This document shows positions 9,878 through 19,014 of a stretch of 48,034 bases of DNA, piece after piece. Each line of letters starts with the position of its first letter. Positions within the stretch are counted from its first letter, which is position 1. The notes beneath the pieces are model-generated. The model ran no database searches. It had not been told where the DNA came from and saw only the letters and a program-made list of their open reading frames with translations. The translations under genes and the position numbers were made by a program. The stretch is from the IMG/VR virus record IMGVR_UViG_3300029079_000001; one strand, 5' to 3'. The DNA comes from a virus. Its lineage: Duplodnaviria > Heunggongvirae > Uroviricota > Caudoviricetes.

Positions 9878-10047
9878 CCTGATTTTTAGAACAAAGTCAA
9901 GGAACAAATTTAAACGTTCCGATATTGTGTTTTTGTTTATTATCCGTCATTATGTTCTGTTAGTTTGTGACTAAGTTAACGCGTTATTAGTTATCTTATT
10001 CTCAAATTGTGTTACGATAATCAGAGCTGATAATCTGGAGAGGAAAG

Positions 10048-11949
10048 ATGAGCAAAGTAAAAATCGGTGAATTAATAAACTCACTTGTTAGCGATGTTGA
10101 GTCAATAGATAACTCTGACCGTCCTCAAGGGGAAAAAACAAAAAAAATAAAGGCTGTTGCATTAAAATTTAAAAATGCATTATTTAATGACAAGCGAAAG
10201 TTTAGGGGGAAAGGATTAGAAAAAAGAATTACAGCCAACACATTCAATGCCTATATGAGCAGGGCCAGAAAACGGTTTGATGATAAACTTCATCATAGCT
10301 TTGAAAAAAATATACATCGCCTATCTGAAAAGTATCCTTTATATAATGAGGAGCTATTGTCATGGCTTTCTCTACCTGCTGCCGATATTCGCCAGAGAAT
10401 GTCAGCTTTACAGGCAAAATTAAAATTAATTCTCCCTTTATCAGAAGATTTATCTAATATCAGAATTGGTGATAACAAAAGTCATAATAAGTTATTAAAA
10501 TTATCAAATAAATATAAAGAGTGGCAATTCGCCATATCTGATTTAACTAGCGATAACTGGAAAGATAAGCGCGATTATTTATATAAATTACTACAGCAAG
10601 GATCTGCCTTACTTGAGGAGTTGAATCAGCTAAAAGTTAACCATGAGATTCTCTATCATCTTCAACTAAGCCCTGCCGAACGCGCATCTATCCAGCAACG
10701 ATGGGCGGACGTTCTGCACAATAAGAAACGTAACGTGGTGGTCATTGATTACCCTAAATATATGCAAGCTATTTACGATATTATAAATAGCCCTGCTACA
10801 TTAAATAATCTAAACACTCGTTCAGGTATGGCTCCTTTGGCATTTGCACTTGCAGCATTGTCAGGAAGACGAATGATTGAGATTATGTATCAAGGTACAT
10901 TTACTGTTTCTGGTAAGTATACCGTTGATTTTTTAGGCCAAGCAAAAAAAAGAACTTCTGATGATATAACCAGAAAAATATATACATTATGCGAAGCAAA
11001 AACATTTGTTTATTTAATAAATGTACTTCGCTCATGCCCAGCAGCATCTGATTTTGATGATGTCGTTAAAGGTTATGGAGATAACGACACACGCTCTGAA
11101 AACGGACGGATTAATGCCATATTAGCAAAGGCTTTTAACCCGTGGGTTAAATCATTTTTCAAAGATGACCGCCGTGTTTATAAAGATAGTCGTGCTATTT
11201 ATGCCCGTATTGCGTATGAAATGTTTTTCCGCGTAGATCCTCGTTGGAAAAACGTAGATGAGGATGTTTTCTTTATGGAAATTTTAGGCCATGACGATGA
11301 AAACACTCAATTACACTATAAGCAATTCAAGCTGGCCAACTTCTCAAAGACATGGAGGCCAAATACTGGAAACGAAAATACCAGGCTGGAAGCATTGCAG
11401 CAGCTTGATGACGAAATGCCAGGATTCGCCAGAGGAGATGCCGGGGTTCGTCTGCATAACACAGTTAAGCAGCTGGTAGAGCAGGACCCCTCTATAAAAA
11501 TCACGAACAGCACTCTAAGAGCATTCAAATTTAGCCCTACAATGATTAGTCGATACCTGGAATTTGCTGCTGATGCTCTGGGGCAATTTGTTGGCGAAAA
11601 TGGACAATGGCAGCTGAAAATAGATTCTCCAGAAATCGTTATGCCTGACGAAGAAGAGCTGGAAGCAATACCTGAACAGACGGATGAATTATCAGAGGAT
11701 GACGATCTGGATGACGACGAAATTGAGATAGAGGAAGAGGAAGAGGAAGAGGAAGAGAGCGTAGAAGAACAGCAACCGCCCGCGCCTTCTTCACCTGTAT
11801 CTAAGCCGGTATTTAAGCCCGTGAGAAATATTGGTGATGGCTCATACGTTGTTGAGTTTCATTATAATGGCCAGAATTATGCTTGGTCCGGCATTGCAAA
11901 CAGCCCTATATCAGCAATGCAGTTAGCATGGCTGACATATTTCGGATAA
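10048..11949 (+). CDS. telN: Protelomerase TelN (telomere resolvase)
   Basis: 633 aa; N15 TelN-like sequence throughout with an acidic EEEEEEE C-terminal region; directly adjacent to the palindromic target. Confidence 0.9.
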   Translation: MSKVKIGELINSLVSDVESIDNSDRPQGEKTKKIKAVALKFKNALFNDKRKFRGKGLEKRITANTFNAYMSRARKRFDDKLHHSFEKNIHRLSEKYPLYNEELLSWLSLPAADIRQRMSALQAKLKLILPLSEDLSNIRIGDNKSHNKLLKLSNKYKEWQFAISDLTSDNWKDKRDYLYKLLQQGSALLEELNQLKVNHEILYHLQLSPAERASIQQRWADVLHNKKRNVVVIDYPKYMQAIYDIINSPATLNNLNTRSGMAPLAFALAALSGRRMIEIMYQGTFTVSGKYTVDFLGQAKKRTSDDITRKIYTLCEAKTFVYLINVLRSCPAASDFDDVVKGYGDNDTRSENGRINAILAKAFNPWVKSFFKDDRRVYKDSRAIYARIAYEMFFRVDPRWKNVDEDVFFMEILGHDDENTQLHYKQFKLANFSKTWRPNTGNENTRLEALQQLDDEMPGFARGDAGVRLHNTVKQLVEQDPSIKITNSTLRAFKFSPTMISRYLEFAADALGQFVGENGQWQLKIDSPEIVMPDEEELEAIPEQTDELSEDDDLDDDEIEIEEEEEEEEESVEEQQPPAPSSPVSKPVFKPVRNIGDGSYVVEFHYNGQNYAWSGIANSPISAMQLAWLTYFG

Positions 11950-11960
11950 AGCATACAGTA

Positions 11961-11984
11961 AAGGCACCGAATTATCGGTGCCTT
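11961..11984. terminator. Bidirectional hairpin between convergent telN and the antirepressor-like operon
   Basis: AAGGCACCGA-ATTA-TCGGTGCCTT 10-bp stem. Confidence 0.6.
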
Positions 11985-11994
11985 GTTGTGTGGT

Positions 11995-12159
11995 CTACCT
12001 CGCCTGCCCCTTTTCGTCCTCATCCAACTTTCTGATGGCCGTAGAATCAATACCCGCCGCCATACACACATCAGATGCAACAAACCACGGTTCGCCGTTA
12101 ATCATCACTACACGAACCTGATGCTCTTCCTGAAAGGAAAATACTGCTAACGCGCTCAT
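11995..12159 (-). CDS. Truncated Bro-N-domain antirepressor fragment (54 aa)
   Basis: MSALAVFSFQEEHQVRVVMINGEPWFVASDVCMAAGIDSTAIRKLDEDEK matches the Bro-N consensus; ATGA coupling to the upstream ORF; below the 60-aa cut-off of the ORF track. Confidence 0.6.
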   Translation of the reverse strand: MSALAVFSFQEEHQVRVVMINGEPWFVASDVCMAAGIDSTAIRKLDEDEKGQAR

Positions 12160-12389
12160 TCAGCCTCCTTATCGTGCAGCAATTGCGACGAGAGCGATGC
12201 TGAATAACCCTGTGCTTCGTGTGTGAGCTCACACGCAATTTGAAGGAGTTTCCCTGCTTCTGAGAGATAAATCGACGCCTCACAACTGGAGATTGTCCGA
12301 TGGGCTGATGATACGAGCGCATAGACCTGAGCCAGACGTTCATCCAACGATTCCAGCAGGCCAACAGTGTTCATTTTTACCTGATTCAT
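12156..12389 (-). CDS. Hypothetical protein (77 aa), middle gene of the coupled three-gene operon
   Basis: ORF with overlapping start/stop (ATGA) on both sides. Confidence 0.5.
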   Translation of the reverse strand: MNQVKMNTVGLLESLDERLAQVYALVSSAHRTISSCEASIYLSEAGKLLQIACELTHEAQGYSASLSSQLLHDKEAE

Positions 12390-12550
12390 GCAGCCACCTC
12401 GCGCACCGGAATACGGGCAGATAATACCAGGACAAACCGGCTGGCGAACTGGCGACGAGCTTCCCGTTCAGATGACGCGATGGTGGAAAGATGATGGATG
12501 TGTGACTTTTTGTCTGTGCGAACGATTGCCGCAAATTTGAATTTGAACAT
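12386..12550 (-). CDS. Hypothetical small protein (54 aa), first gene after the leader terminator
   Basis: MFKFKFAAIVRTDKK...; stop overlaps the next start; not in the ORF track (<60 aa). Confidence 0.4.
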   Translation of the reverse strand: MFKFKFAAIVRTDKKSHIHHLSTIASSEREARRQFASRFVLVLSARIPVREVAA

Positions 12551-12711
12551 GGTATGCACTCCGTTTAATTGGTCGTGCTACCACCAGAGTTCCTACGCTC
12601 TATATGGCGGTAGCCCAGACGGGGGTAGGAATACCGGTAAACGAAGAAACCGGCCAGCTAAAAGCTGCCCCATCTGAGCCACCATAAATTTGGTGTACGC
12701 AGATTTTACAC

Positions 12712-12736
12712 ACAAAAAAACACGCTGGCGCGTGTT
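12712..12736 (-). terminator. Intrinsic terminator inside the leader of the antirepressor-like operon
   Basis: On the minus strand AACACGC-GCCA-GCGTGTT followed by TTTTTTT. Confidence 0.7.
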
Positions 12737-12739
12737 GTG

Positions 12740-12900
12740 CGCTTCATTTACTCGGGTTCCTACGCCCGGCTACGGGATTTACCGTAGCAGAGTAAACTTT
12801 ACCGTCAAAACGACGCGCACGTCAATAATTTGCAAAGACATTTTACCCCGTGACCAGTCACGGGGACAGGTGTTTTTATAATTTGCTTGAACGAGTGATC
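12740..12900 (-). ncRNA. Candidate leader/small regulatory RNA region (N15 CA / P4 CI RNA-like control of the antirepressor operon)
   Basis: No ORF; 9-bp-stem hairpin CCCCGTGAC/GTCACGGGG at 12846..12865; lies upstream of the terminator; the 10-mer GTTCCTACGC occurs twice (12589, 12756) with a partially complementary GGTAGGAAT at 12624. Confidence 0.35.
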
Positions 12901-12926
12901 AGAAGTTGATCGTTAATCAAAGGCCA

Positions 12927-13238
12927 TTACTGATTAAGAGATTGGAAATACCTAACTAACTTACCGGCATCATCACATTTTTCTTTATCTTCGTCCTTAA
13001 CATAGCCGCGACAAAAGGCTGAATAAAATTTTGCATTTTCAGAAGCAAAAGCAGCCGTCGAAAGGAGCAGCTCTTTGCATGACTCTTTTGATGCAGCATC
13101 GGGATTATTTTTACATGCAAGCTCCGCTGATGAGTTAATAACAGAAATGCTATCTTCCTGGGCATAAACCGCAGCAGAAAAGGCAAAACATAAAACAAAA
13201 ATAAAACTCTTCACTTTATCTCCTGTAACAGTCATCAC
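12927..13238 (-). CDS. Secreted Cys-rich small protein (signal peptide, ~80-aa mature part)
   Basis: N-terminus KSFIFVLCFAFSAAVYA|QED is a Sec signal; four Cys in the mature part; AT-rich. Confidence 0.55.
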   Translation of the reverse strand: MMTVTGDKVKSFIFVLCFAFSAAVYAQEDSISVINSSAELACKNNPDAASKESCKELLLSTAAFASENAKFYSAFCRGYVKDEDKEKCDDAGKLVRYFQSLNQ

Positions 13239-13241
13239 AAT

Positions 13242-13649
13242 TCAATCAACTTTTTTAGCATCAGCCATACGATTCAACCAGGAATCAACAATCGGTTGCT
13301 CATCTACAGAATGTTTACCAGGTATAACTCGCCAGCTATCTTGCGAAAATCTGCCGTACTTACGCGGGAATAGGCCTTTCTTTATCTCCCGCCATGTAGT
13401 AGGAAAACCATCCACAAAAGTACCAATTAACAGGAGAGGGACAAAAATCAGAGCTACAAACCATCGTGCAAGAAAGTGTTCAACAACAACATTTTCACCG
13501 TTGTAGTAATACGCATACGCATCCAATATGCGAATTTTCCTTACCTTAAAAATAGCCTTATGCTGAGAACGACTTAACTTGATACGAATGTATCCCTTAT
13601 CCAAAGGGGATTCGTATTTGTATGATTGAACAGCCATTTTTAACCCCAC
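13242..13649 (-). CDS. Membrane-anchored hypothetical protein (135 aa)
   Basis: Central TM segment WFVALIFVPLLLIGTFV. Confidence 0.5.
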   Translation of the reverse strand: MGLKMAVQSYKYESPLDKGYIRIKLSRSQHKAIFKVRKIRILDAYAYYYNGENVVVEHFLARWFVALIFVPLLLIGTFVDGFPTTWREIKKGLFPRKYGRFSQDSWRVIPGKHSVDEQPIVDSWLNRMADAKKVD

Positions 13650-13966
13650 TCACCATCAGCAAACAAAGCGTTATACTCTGACAATGGTAGACGGTTGCCC
13701 TCGATGTAGAGATTCAGTTCATACTTCGTCTCCGGGTTTTCCTTGTCGGCTCGTTCCCAACGCTCAGCAGCCTTACGCGCCAATAATTCCACTGCTTTCA
13801 GATAATCCTCCGTACGGAACCAGCCAAAGATAAGGCCACGATCTGTTACAGCCCAGGCGACCTTTTTTTCTTCCTCCTGGATAGCCCTAATGCGTCGTTC
13901 GCACTCATCCCGGCAGAACTGCAGCTGACGGTAATCAAGTTTGTCCAAAAATGCCGTAGTAGACAT
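13640..13966 (-). CDS. Hypothetical soluble protein (108 aa)
   Basis: ORF overlapping its neighbours; charged, Cys-x-x-x-Cys near the N-terminus. Confidence 0.5.
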   Translation of the reverse strand: MSTTAFLDKLDYRQLQFCRDECERRIRAIQEEEKKVAWAVTDRGLIFGWFRTEDYLKAVELLARKAAERWERADKENPETKYELNLYIEGNRLPLSEYNALFADGEWG

Positions 13967-13970
13967 ATTT

Positions 13971-14162
13971 TTACTCCCCGTTCACCGAAAATTCACGATA
14001 GAAACGTTTCCACATACGATAAGTCTGCGCAAATTGTTCACCACGAAACATCGCCTTCCTGGCCTTCATGTTTTCCTTGTGAGACTTTCGGTCTATGAAC
14101 CAAAACCATTGATGGAACACACAAAGCAAGAGACACAAAGATAATATCCAATCATTACCCAT
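13971..14162 (-). CDS. Small membrane protein (63 aa), translationally coupled to the repA stop
   Basis: ATG at 14162 overlaps the repA stop; TM segment WILSLCLLLCVFHQWFWFI; the ORF track gives a longer 13971..14279 frame. Confidence 0.5.
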   Translation of the reverse strand: MGNDWILSLCLLLCVFHQWFWFIDRKSHKENMKARKAMFRGEQFAQTYRMWKRFYREFSVNGE

Positions 14163-17100
14163 AGAAAGCGCCCTGCTCTTCGTAGCTGCATGAGCTATTC
14201 CCCGTAATGTATTCACGTAACCGCCGCAGCTCATTGCTGGAAAGGTGATCCATGAACTCTGTGAGGTACAGGGATGCAAACGTCATAGCTATGCTGGCTG
14301 ATGACCATGATGACATAGTGGCCAACTCCTCACTGGAAAGCGCACTCATCGCCCAGGACTCAGGTACAGCCACTGGCAACACGGCCAAAGCCTCAGAAAT
14401 TACTGAATGAGGGGCGTTTTGAACCTGCTCGTTTGTGGATCGCGTTTTATCATCCATATATATATTGAGATCCAAATCGCGATCCATTTCGATGGCTGTC
14501 TTCTCGGCTTTACGCGTTTTTAGGGTTAGGCCATCTTTCTGACGCTGAACAAGAATATCCAGCATAAATGCCGCTGATTCAGGCTCAACAAAACGCAAGG
14601 TTGGACGCTTATCGCCGTCTCTGCCGCGACGTTTACCTGTTTTAAGGCCAAGAGAGTCGCAAATGTTTTTAAACAACGCTTCCGGCACTTTAGGCTTCCC
14701 TTTTGGCGTCATAAAACCACCAATGTGCAGAACGTTATTCAACAGGTCACGGCGTTCGGCTGTCATGAGGTTATCTCGAGCGAATTTGAGACGCTCCTGA
14801 GTCGCCTCGCCGGTCATAGTCTCAGGGTTGATACCGCAGTCGATAAAGTACTGCCGGAGAGTTGCTGATTTAAGCGCATAGAAACCGCGCGCCCCGACTT
14901 CAACAGTAGGAGTAGCTTTTACCTTGTGATCGATTATTCCAGGGAATTTAGTTTTAAAGACATCATCAGCCTGCTCGCGAGTCATCGCGGTCACTACAAA
15001 ATATTGCCACTGTCCCGCCTGACGGTATGCGTAGGTAAAATTGATGGCTGCTTCTTCCCGGTCGTAACGACGAGCTGTTACCTCATCTAAAAGCATTGTT
15101 TCATAGCGGCGAACTTTGTCTCGAGCACCATCGAAATAGAATTTCAGCGTGCCTTCTTCAACCGGTAGTTTCAGTTCGTTTTCAATATCCCAGCGGACAA
15201 GTTTTGCCTGTTCTTCAAGCGTCAGCGCGCGTTTTTTTAGCAGTTCTTCACGCTCTGATTCTTGTGGAGTTTCTGTATTGAGGTGCAGATCCAGTGTCTG
15301 TTCCCACACAATATCCCGCGCTTCTTTACGCAGATCTTTACCGATATCATTCGCAGCATAATCGGTGGCCAGCGGTGATACCTTATAACCGTCGCTGTGC
15401 ATGATGCAGATCATGTTGCTGGCGTAGTCGTTACGCGCAGTCGCTTCAATTGCGGCTGCTTTAATTTTCATCCTGGTAAAGTCGGTATTGGCCACCCCCA
15501 TTGATATACGGTCGCCATCGAAAACGACATCCGTCAGTTCACCGTTCATACCTGCGGTAGCAAGCAATGCCTGGGCGAATGCTCGTTCTATTTTTTGCGG
15601 GTCAGTTTCTCGTTTTGCACGAGCTTTATCAAAGCCGATAATAAATTCTTTTGCTGTACGGTCGCGGCGTAGCATTTGCACTGCGTCGCTGGGTACAACT
15701 TCACCACAGAACATGCCGAAATGACGGTCAAAATGTTTTTGCTCAATCGACACGCCGGATGAAATAGACGGGCTATAAATCAGGCCGTCGTATTTTTTGA
15801 CCATCTTTTTCGGTTGATTGGTAAATGCTTCAACTTCTGGCTCTGGTTTGTTTTTCTGGTTTACACACAGAAATTTCTTACCAGGAAAATGCATTCTCAG
15901 GGTGGCTGTCACATCTTCTGCAAAGGTGGAGCTGTCGGTGGCCAACATGATTTTTTCGCCATCCGATACAGCTTTCACCACCTCGGTCATGATGCGATCT
16001 TTTTCTGTATAAAAAACCCGGATTGGCTCACCTGTTTCGCGGTTGCGAACATCAACAGGTAATTCAATTACGTGGATCTGCAGCCATGCCGGTAAACCTA
16101 GTTCTTCACGGCGTTTCATAGCCAGTTCAGCCAGGTCAACCAGTAGATCGTTCGCATCAGCATCCACCATGATTGGGTGTTGTTCCGTTCTGGCCAGCGC
16201 GTCAATTAGCGTATTGAATACAGCAACCGGGTTTTCCATAGCCCGACCGGAAAGAACGGCACGTAGCCCTTGCGTGGCCTCGTCAAAGCCAAAATAGTCG
16301 TGCTGGCGCATCAACGGTTGCCAGCAGTTTTTAACAATCGAGTTTATGCAGATGGTCAGTTTACTGGCGTATGGAGCAATTTCCTGATAGCCAGGGTCCT
16401 GATAGTGCAGGATATCGGCTTTTACACCTTTTCCTTCTGTCATCATTTCCCACAGGCCACCAATAAGGGAGACACGGTGAGCAACAGAGATACCACGTTC
16501 TGAGCTATGCATTAACGGTCGTAACAATCCAGTAGATTTGCCGGAACCCATACCAGCACGGACGATGACTATCCCCTGTAGTGATTGCACGTACTTCAGG
16601 ACATCATCGGTCATTACCGAAGTTTCAAAACGCTTATAGGTGATATGTTGAGGGCGTTTATTGGGATCAGTTATGCGTTCGCTGAAAGAGCGCGGAGCCT
16701 GGGCAATACGGCACTTTTTATTCAGGCGACGGGCAATGTGGTCTTTTACCGTAGCACGATAGATATTTTCCAGTCCCATTTCACGCAGAACGATGCAGAA
16801 CATGTTAAATAAATCTGACGGACTGTTAGGAACCGGGCAGGTTAGCATGCCAATATCCACCGCTCTCAGCAGCTCTTTGGCAAAAGTACGACGGTTATCC
16901 CGCTTAATTGTCTTCAGGCGGTTGAGCGTCAGAGATAGCAAATCAGTACCGGTTTTCAGGCGGTTTGCTGTTGCAAATAGTTGACGTGCTGTTTCACGAA
17001 GTCCACGTAGTTTGTGCAGGTCGTTGAAGTCACTGCACTCCATTTGCGGATCGTCTTCAAAAGTTGGATAGACGCAGCGGACATCGTTGAATTTCGATAA

Positions 17101-18150
17101 GATTTCATAGCCAGTCCGCAGGCCGGTATTCCCTTTTCCTTCTGTGGCAGATTTCCGGTCATTATCCAGTGCGCAGGTGATTTTTGCCGCCGGGTACATG
17201 TTTACCAGTTGTTCCACAACATGAACCATGTTGTTAGCGGATACAGCGACAACCACAGCGTCAAAGCGTTTATCTTTTTTCGTGGCAAGCCAGATGGATG
17301 CACCAGTAGCAAAACCTTCTGTAACAGCGATGTTTTGCGCCCCTTTCAGCTCACCGATAACAAAGCAGGCACCGACGAAATCGCCGCTGGTTACTGCGCT
17401 GGTCTGGTATTTCCCACCTTGTTTGTCGATTCGCTGCCAACCCACAATACGACCATCATAACGACCGTCCAGGTGAGCCAGAGGGATAGCCATATATGTG
17501 GTTGGCCCCCGGCTCCATTTCGCACTGTCGTGACTGGTCACGCGACGCACATCACATGAACTAAAAACGTCACGAATACCTTTTTTAATCGCATATGGCC
17601 ATGAGCCGTCTTCAGCCTGAGCATGTTCCCACGCGCTGTGGAATGCCAGCCATCCCAGCAAACGTTCATGGTCCATTTGGTTGTTTTTCAGGTCATTAAT
17701 TCGTTTTTGTTCTTCACGGCGACGACGTGCTTCGGCCTGACGTTCTATTCTTTCCCGTTCTTCTTCCGGTTGTGCGACCACGGTCGCATTATTCCGTTGT
17801 TGCTCACGGCGATATTCAGAAAACAGGAAGGAGAAACCGCTCCATGAGCCAGCATCGCTGCCTTTATGGACGAAGTTAATGAACGGGTAATCAATCCCTT
17901 TGCTGTGTTCCAGCCTGGAGTAAATTTCTACGCGTCCTTTCAGGCTCTTTTCGAGAGCTTCTGGAGATGTTTTATTGTATGAAGAGTAACGCTCAACCCC
18001 CCCGCGAGGGTTGAGTTGGATGTTGTCGGAACAGGCAGACCAGTTGATACCAGCCATCTGTGCCAGCTCGGTTAGTTCATCCCGTGCTGCTTCAATTAGC
18101 GAGAACGGATCGCTGCCAAAGCGATCCGCATAGAAATCGTTTAATGTCAT
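14155..18150 (-). CDS. repA: Replication protein RepA (multidomain primase-helicase, N15 RepA-like)
   Basis: 1331 aa; Walker A GMGSGKST in the helicase part; position and size match N15 repA; sopC-like palindrome #1 lies inside it at 17771..17788. Confidence 0.85.
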   Translation of the reverse strand: MTLNDFYADRFGSDPFSLIEAARDELTELAQMAGINWSACSDNIQLNPRGGVERYSSYNKTSPEALEKSLKGRVEIYSRLEHSKGIDYPFINFVHKGSDAGSWSGFSFLFSEYRREQQRNNATVVAQPEEERERIERQAEARRRREEQKRINDLKNNQMDHERLLGWLAFHSAWEHAQAEDGSWPYAIKKGIRDVFSSCDVRRVTSHDSAKWSRGPTTYMAIPLAHLDGRYDGRIVGWQRIDKQGGKYQTSAVTSGDFVGACFVIGELKGAQNIAVTEGFATGASIWLATKKDKRFDAVVVAVSANNMVHVVEQLVNMYPAAKITCALDNDRKSATEGKGNTGLRTGYEILSKFNDVRCVYPTFEDDPQMECSDFNDLHKLRGLRETARQLFATANRLKTGTDLLSLTLNRLKTIKRDNRRTFAKELLRAVDIGMLTCPVPNSPSDLFNMFCIVLREMGLENIYRATVKDHIARRLNKKCRIAQAPRSFSERITDPNKRPQHITYKRFETSVMTDDVLKYVQSLQGIVIVRAGMGSGKSTGLLRPLMHSSERGISVAHRVSLIGGLWEMMTEGKGVKADILHYQDPGYQEIAPYASKLTICINSIVKNCWQPLMRQHDYFGFDEATQGLRAVLSGRAMENPVAVFNTLIDALARTEQHPIMVDADANDLLVDLAELAMKRREELGLPAWLQIHVIELPVDVRNRETGEPIRVFYTEKDRIMTEVVKAVSDGEKIMLATDSSTFAEDVTATLRMHFPGKKFLCVNQKNKPEPEVEAFTNQPKKMVKKYDGLIYSPSISSGVSIEQKHFDRHFGMFCGEVVPSDAVQMLRRDRTAKEFIIGFDKARAKRETDPQKIERAFAQALLATAGMNGELTDVVFDGDRISMGVANTDFTRMKIKAAAIEATARNDYASNMICIMHSDGYKVSPLATDYAANDIGKDLRKEARDIVWEQTLDLHLNTETPQESEREELLKKRALTLEEQAKLVRWDIENELKLPVEEGTLKFYFDGARDKVRRYETMLLDEVTARRYDREEAAINFTYAYRQAGQWQYFVVTAMTREQADDVFKTKFPGIIDHKVKATPTVEVGARGFYALKSATLRQYFIDCGINPETMTGEATQERLKFARDNLMTAERRDLLNNVLHIGGFMTPKGKPKVPEALFKNICDSLGLKTGKRRGRDGDKRPTLRFVEPESAAFMLDILVQRQKDGLTLKTRKAEKTAIEMDRDLDLNIYMDDKTRSTNEQVQNAPHSVISEALAVLPVAVPESWAMSALSSEELATMSSWSSASIAMTFASLYLTEFMDHLSSNELRRLREYITGNSSCSYEEQGAFYG
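17771..17788. repeat. sopC-like centromere palindrome #1 (inside repA)
   Basis: TGTGCGACCACGGTCGCA. Confidence 0.6.
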
Positions 18151-18204
18151 TTTTTAGCCATTCCATGCGAATTATGTTTTTTCGGGTTGAAAAAATCCGC
18201 AGGA

Positions 18205-18260
18205 GCAGCCACAATAAACGCATCTTGAATTGACGGAATCCGTCGCGTTACTGTGGCTGC
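18205..18260. promoter_or_regulatory. Large imperfect inverted repeat in the repA leader
   Basis: GCAGCCACAATAAACGC ... GCGTTACTGTGGCTGC with a 23-bp spacer. Confidence 0.4.
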
Positions 18261-18272
18261 TTCCTGAAAAGG

Positions 18273-18302
18273 ACCCGAGTTTGCCGACTCGGGTTTTTTT
18301 TC
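18273..18302. terminator. Hairpin plus T-run between cB and repA
   Basis: ACCCGAGT-TTGCCG-ACTCGGGT followed by TTTTTTTT on the plus strand; U-containing flank on the minus strand. Confidence 0.55.
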
Positions 18303-18395
18303 GTCTTTTTTCTGCTGCTGTAACCTGAGTCAACCCACAGAACATATGCCCTGCATTAAACCAGATTTACAGCAAACAATAAACCCCGTATTAAG

Positions 18396-18992
18396 TCATC
18401 TACCCTCAACCATGAATGATTTGATCGTTCCGACTATTTGGTGAACAAATTCAAGATCGCTTTTCCTGAAGATGGCGCGTTGTGAGTTTGTTCCATCCAG
18501 ATAGTAATTTTCATCATCAAAACGGGCCAGGCGCTGGATAGTGATATTTCCTGCAGTATCACGAACCAGAACATCCTCGCCGGGGACCAGTTCCAGCGCA
18601 GAATCGACCAGGAGAAAATCGCCTGGCTGATAGTTTCCCTGCGTAAGATTGCTGATAGTTAACGCATACACAGTATTGCGCTGGCTGATGAATGGCAGGA
18701 ATCGCTCAGTATTTGGAACCTGTCCCGGCTTCCACTCTTCATCCGGCCCACTTTCAGTTGTGCCAATAACAGGAATGCGATCAGGGTCATATTCTGTCCC
18801 ATATAGCACCCAATGCACTGGCTTGCGTAAGCACTTAGCCAGGGCAATACCTATCTCCAGTGACGGCATTACGTCGCCACGTTCTAAGTTTTGGACGCCT
18901 GCTATAGAGATATCGACAGCCTCAGCAACTTCTCGCAACGTCAGCTTCATCTCTAAACGGCGTGCTTTCAGTCGTTCGCCTCGTGTTTTCAT
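18396..18992 (-). CDS. cB: Prophage repressor CB (CI-like: N-terminal HTH plus C-terminal S24 LexA-like domain)
   Basis: 198 aa; HTH LTLREVAEAVDISIAGVQNLERG; divergent from cro across an operator-containing intergenic region. Confidence 0.8.
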   Translation of the reverse strand: MKTRGERLKARRLEMKLTLREVAEAVDISIAGVQNLERGDVMPSLEIGIALAKCLRKPVHWVLYGTEYDPDRIPVIGTTESGPDEEWKPGQVPNTERFLPFISQRNTVYALTISNLTQGNYQPGDFLLVDSALELVPGEDVLVRDTAGNITIQRLARFDDENYYLDGTNSQRAIFRKSDLEFVHQIVGTIKSFMVEGR

Positions 18993-19014
18993 ACTGTAAT
19001 CATAAATGATCTTC

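Noticed and set aside
12846-12885. Plus-strand intrinsic terminator (hairpin CCCCGTGAC/GTCACGGGG followed by GTTTTT)
   Set aside because: No plus-strand gene ends nearby; the hairpin fits better as a structure in the minus-strand leader RNA of the antirepressor-like operon.
15096-16500. Ser/Arg-rich plus-strand ORFs opposite repA as possible antisense-encoded regulators
   Set aside because: No promoter or terminator signatures, and their composition mirrors the complementary strand of repA codons.
14155-18150. Numerous 60-120-aa ORFs antisense to repA (and similarly inside H, B, C and A)
   Set aside because: They are embedded in well-supported long genes on the opposite strand or in other frames, lack RBS context, and have compositionally odd products; typical overprinting noise from a six-frame scan.
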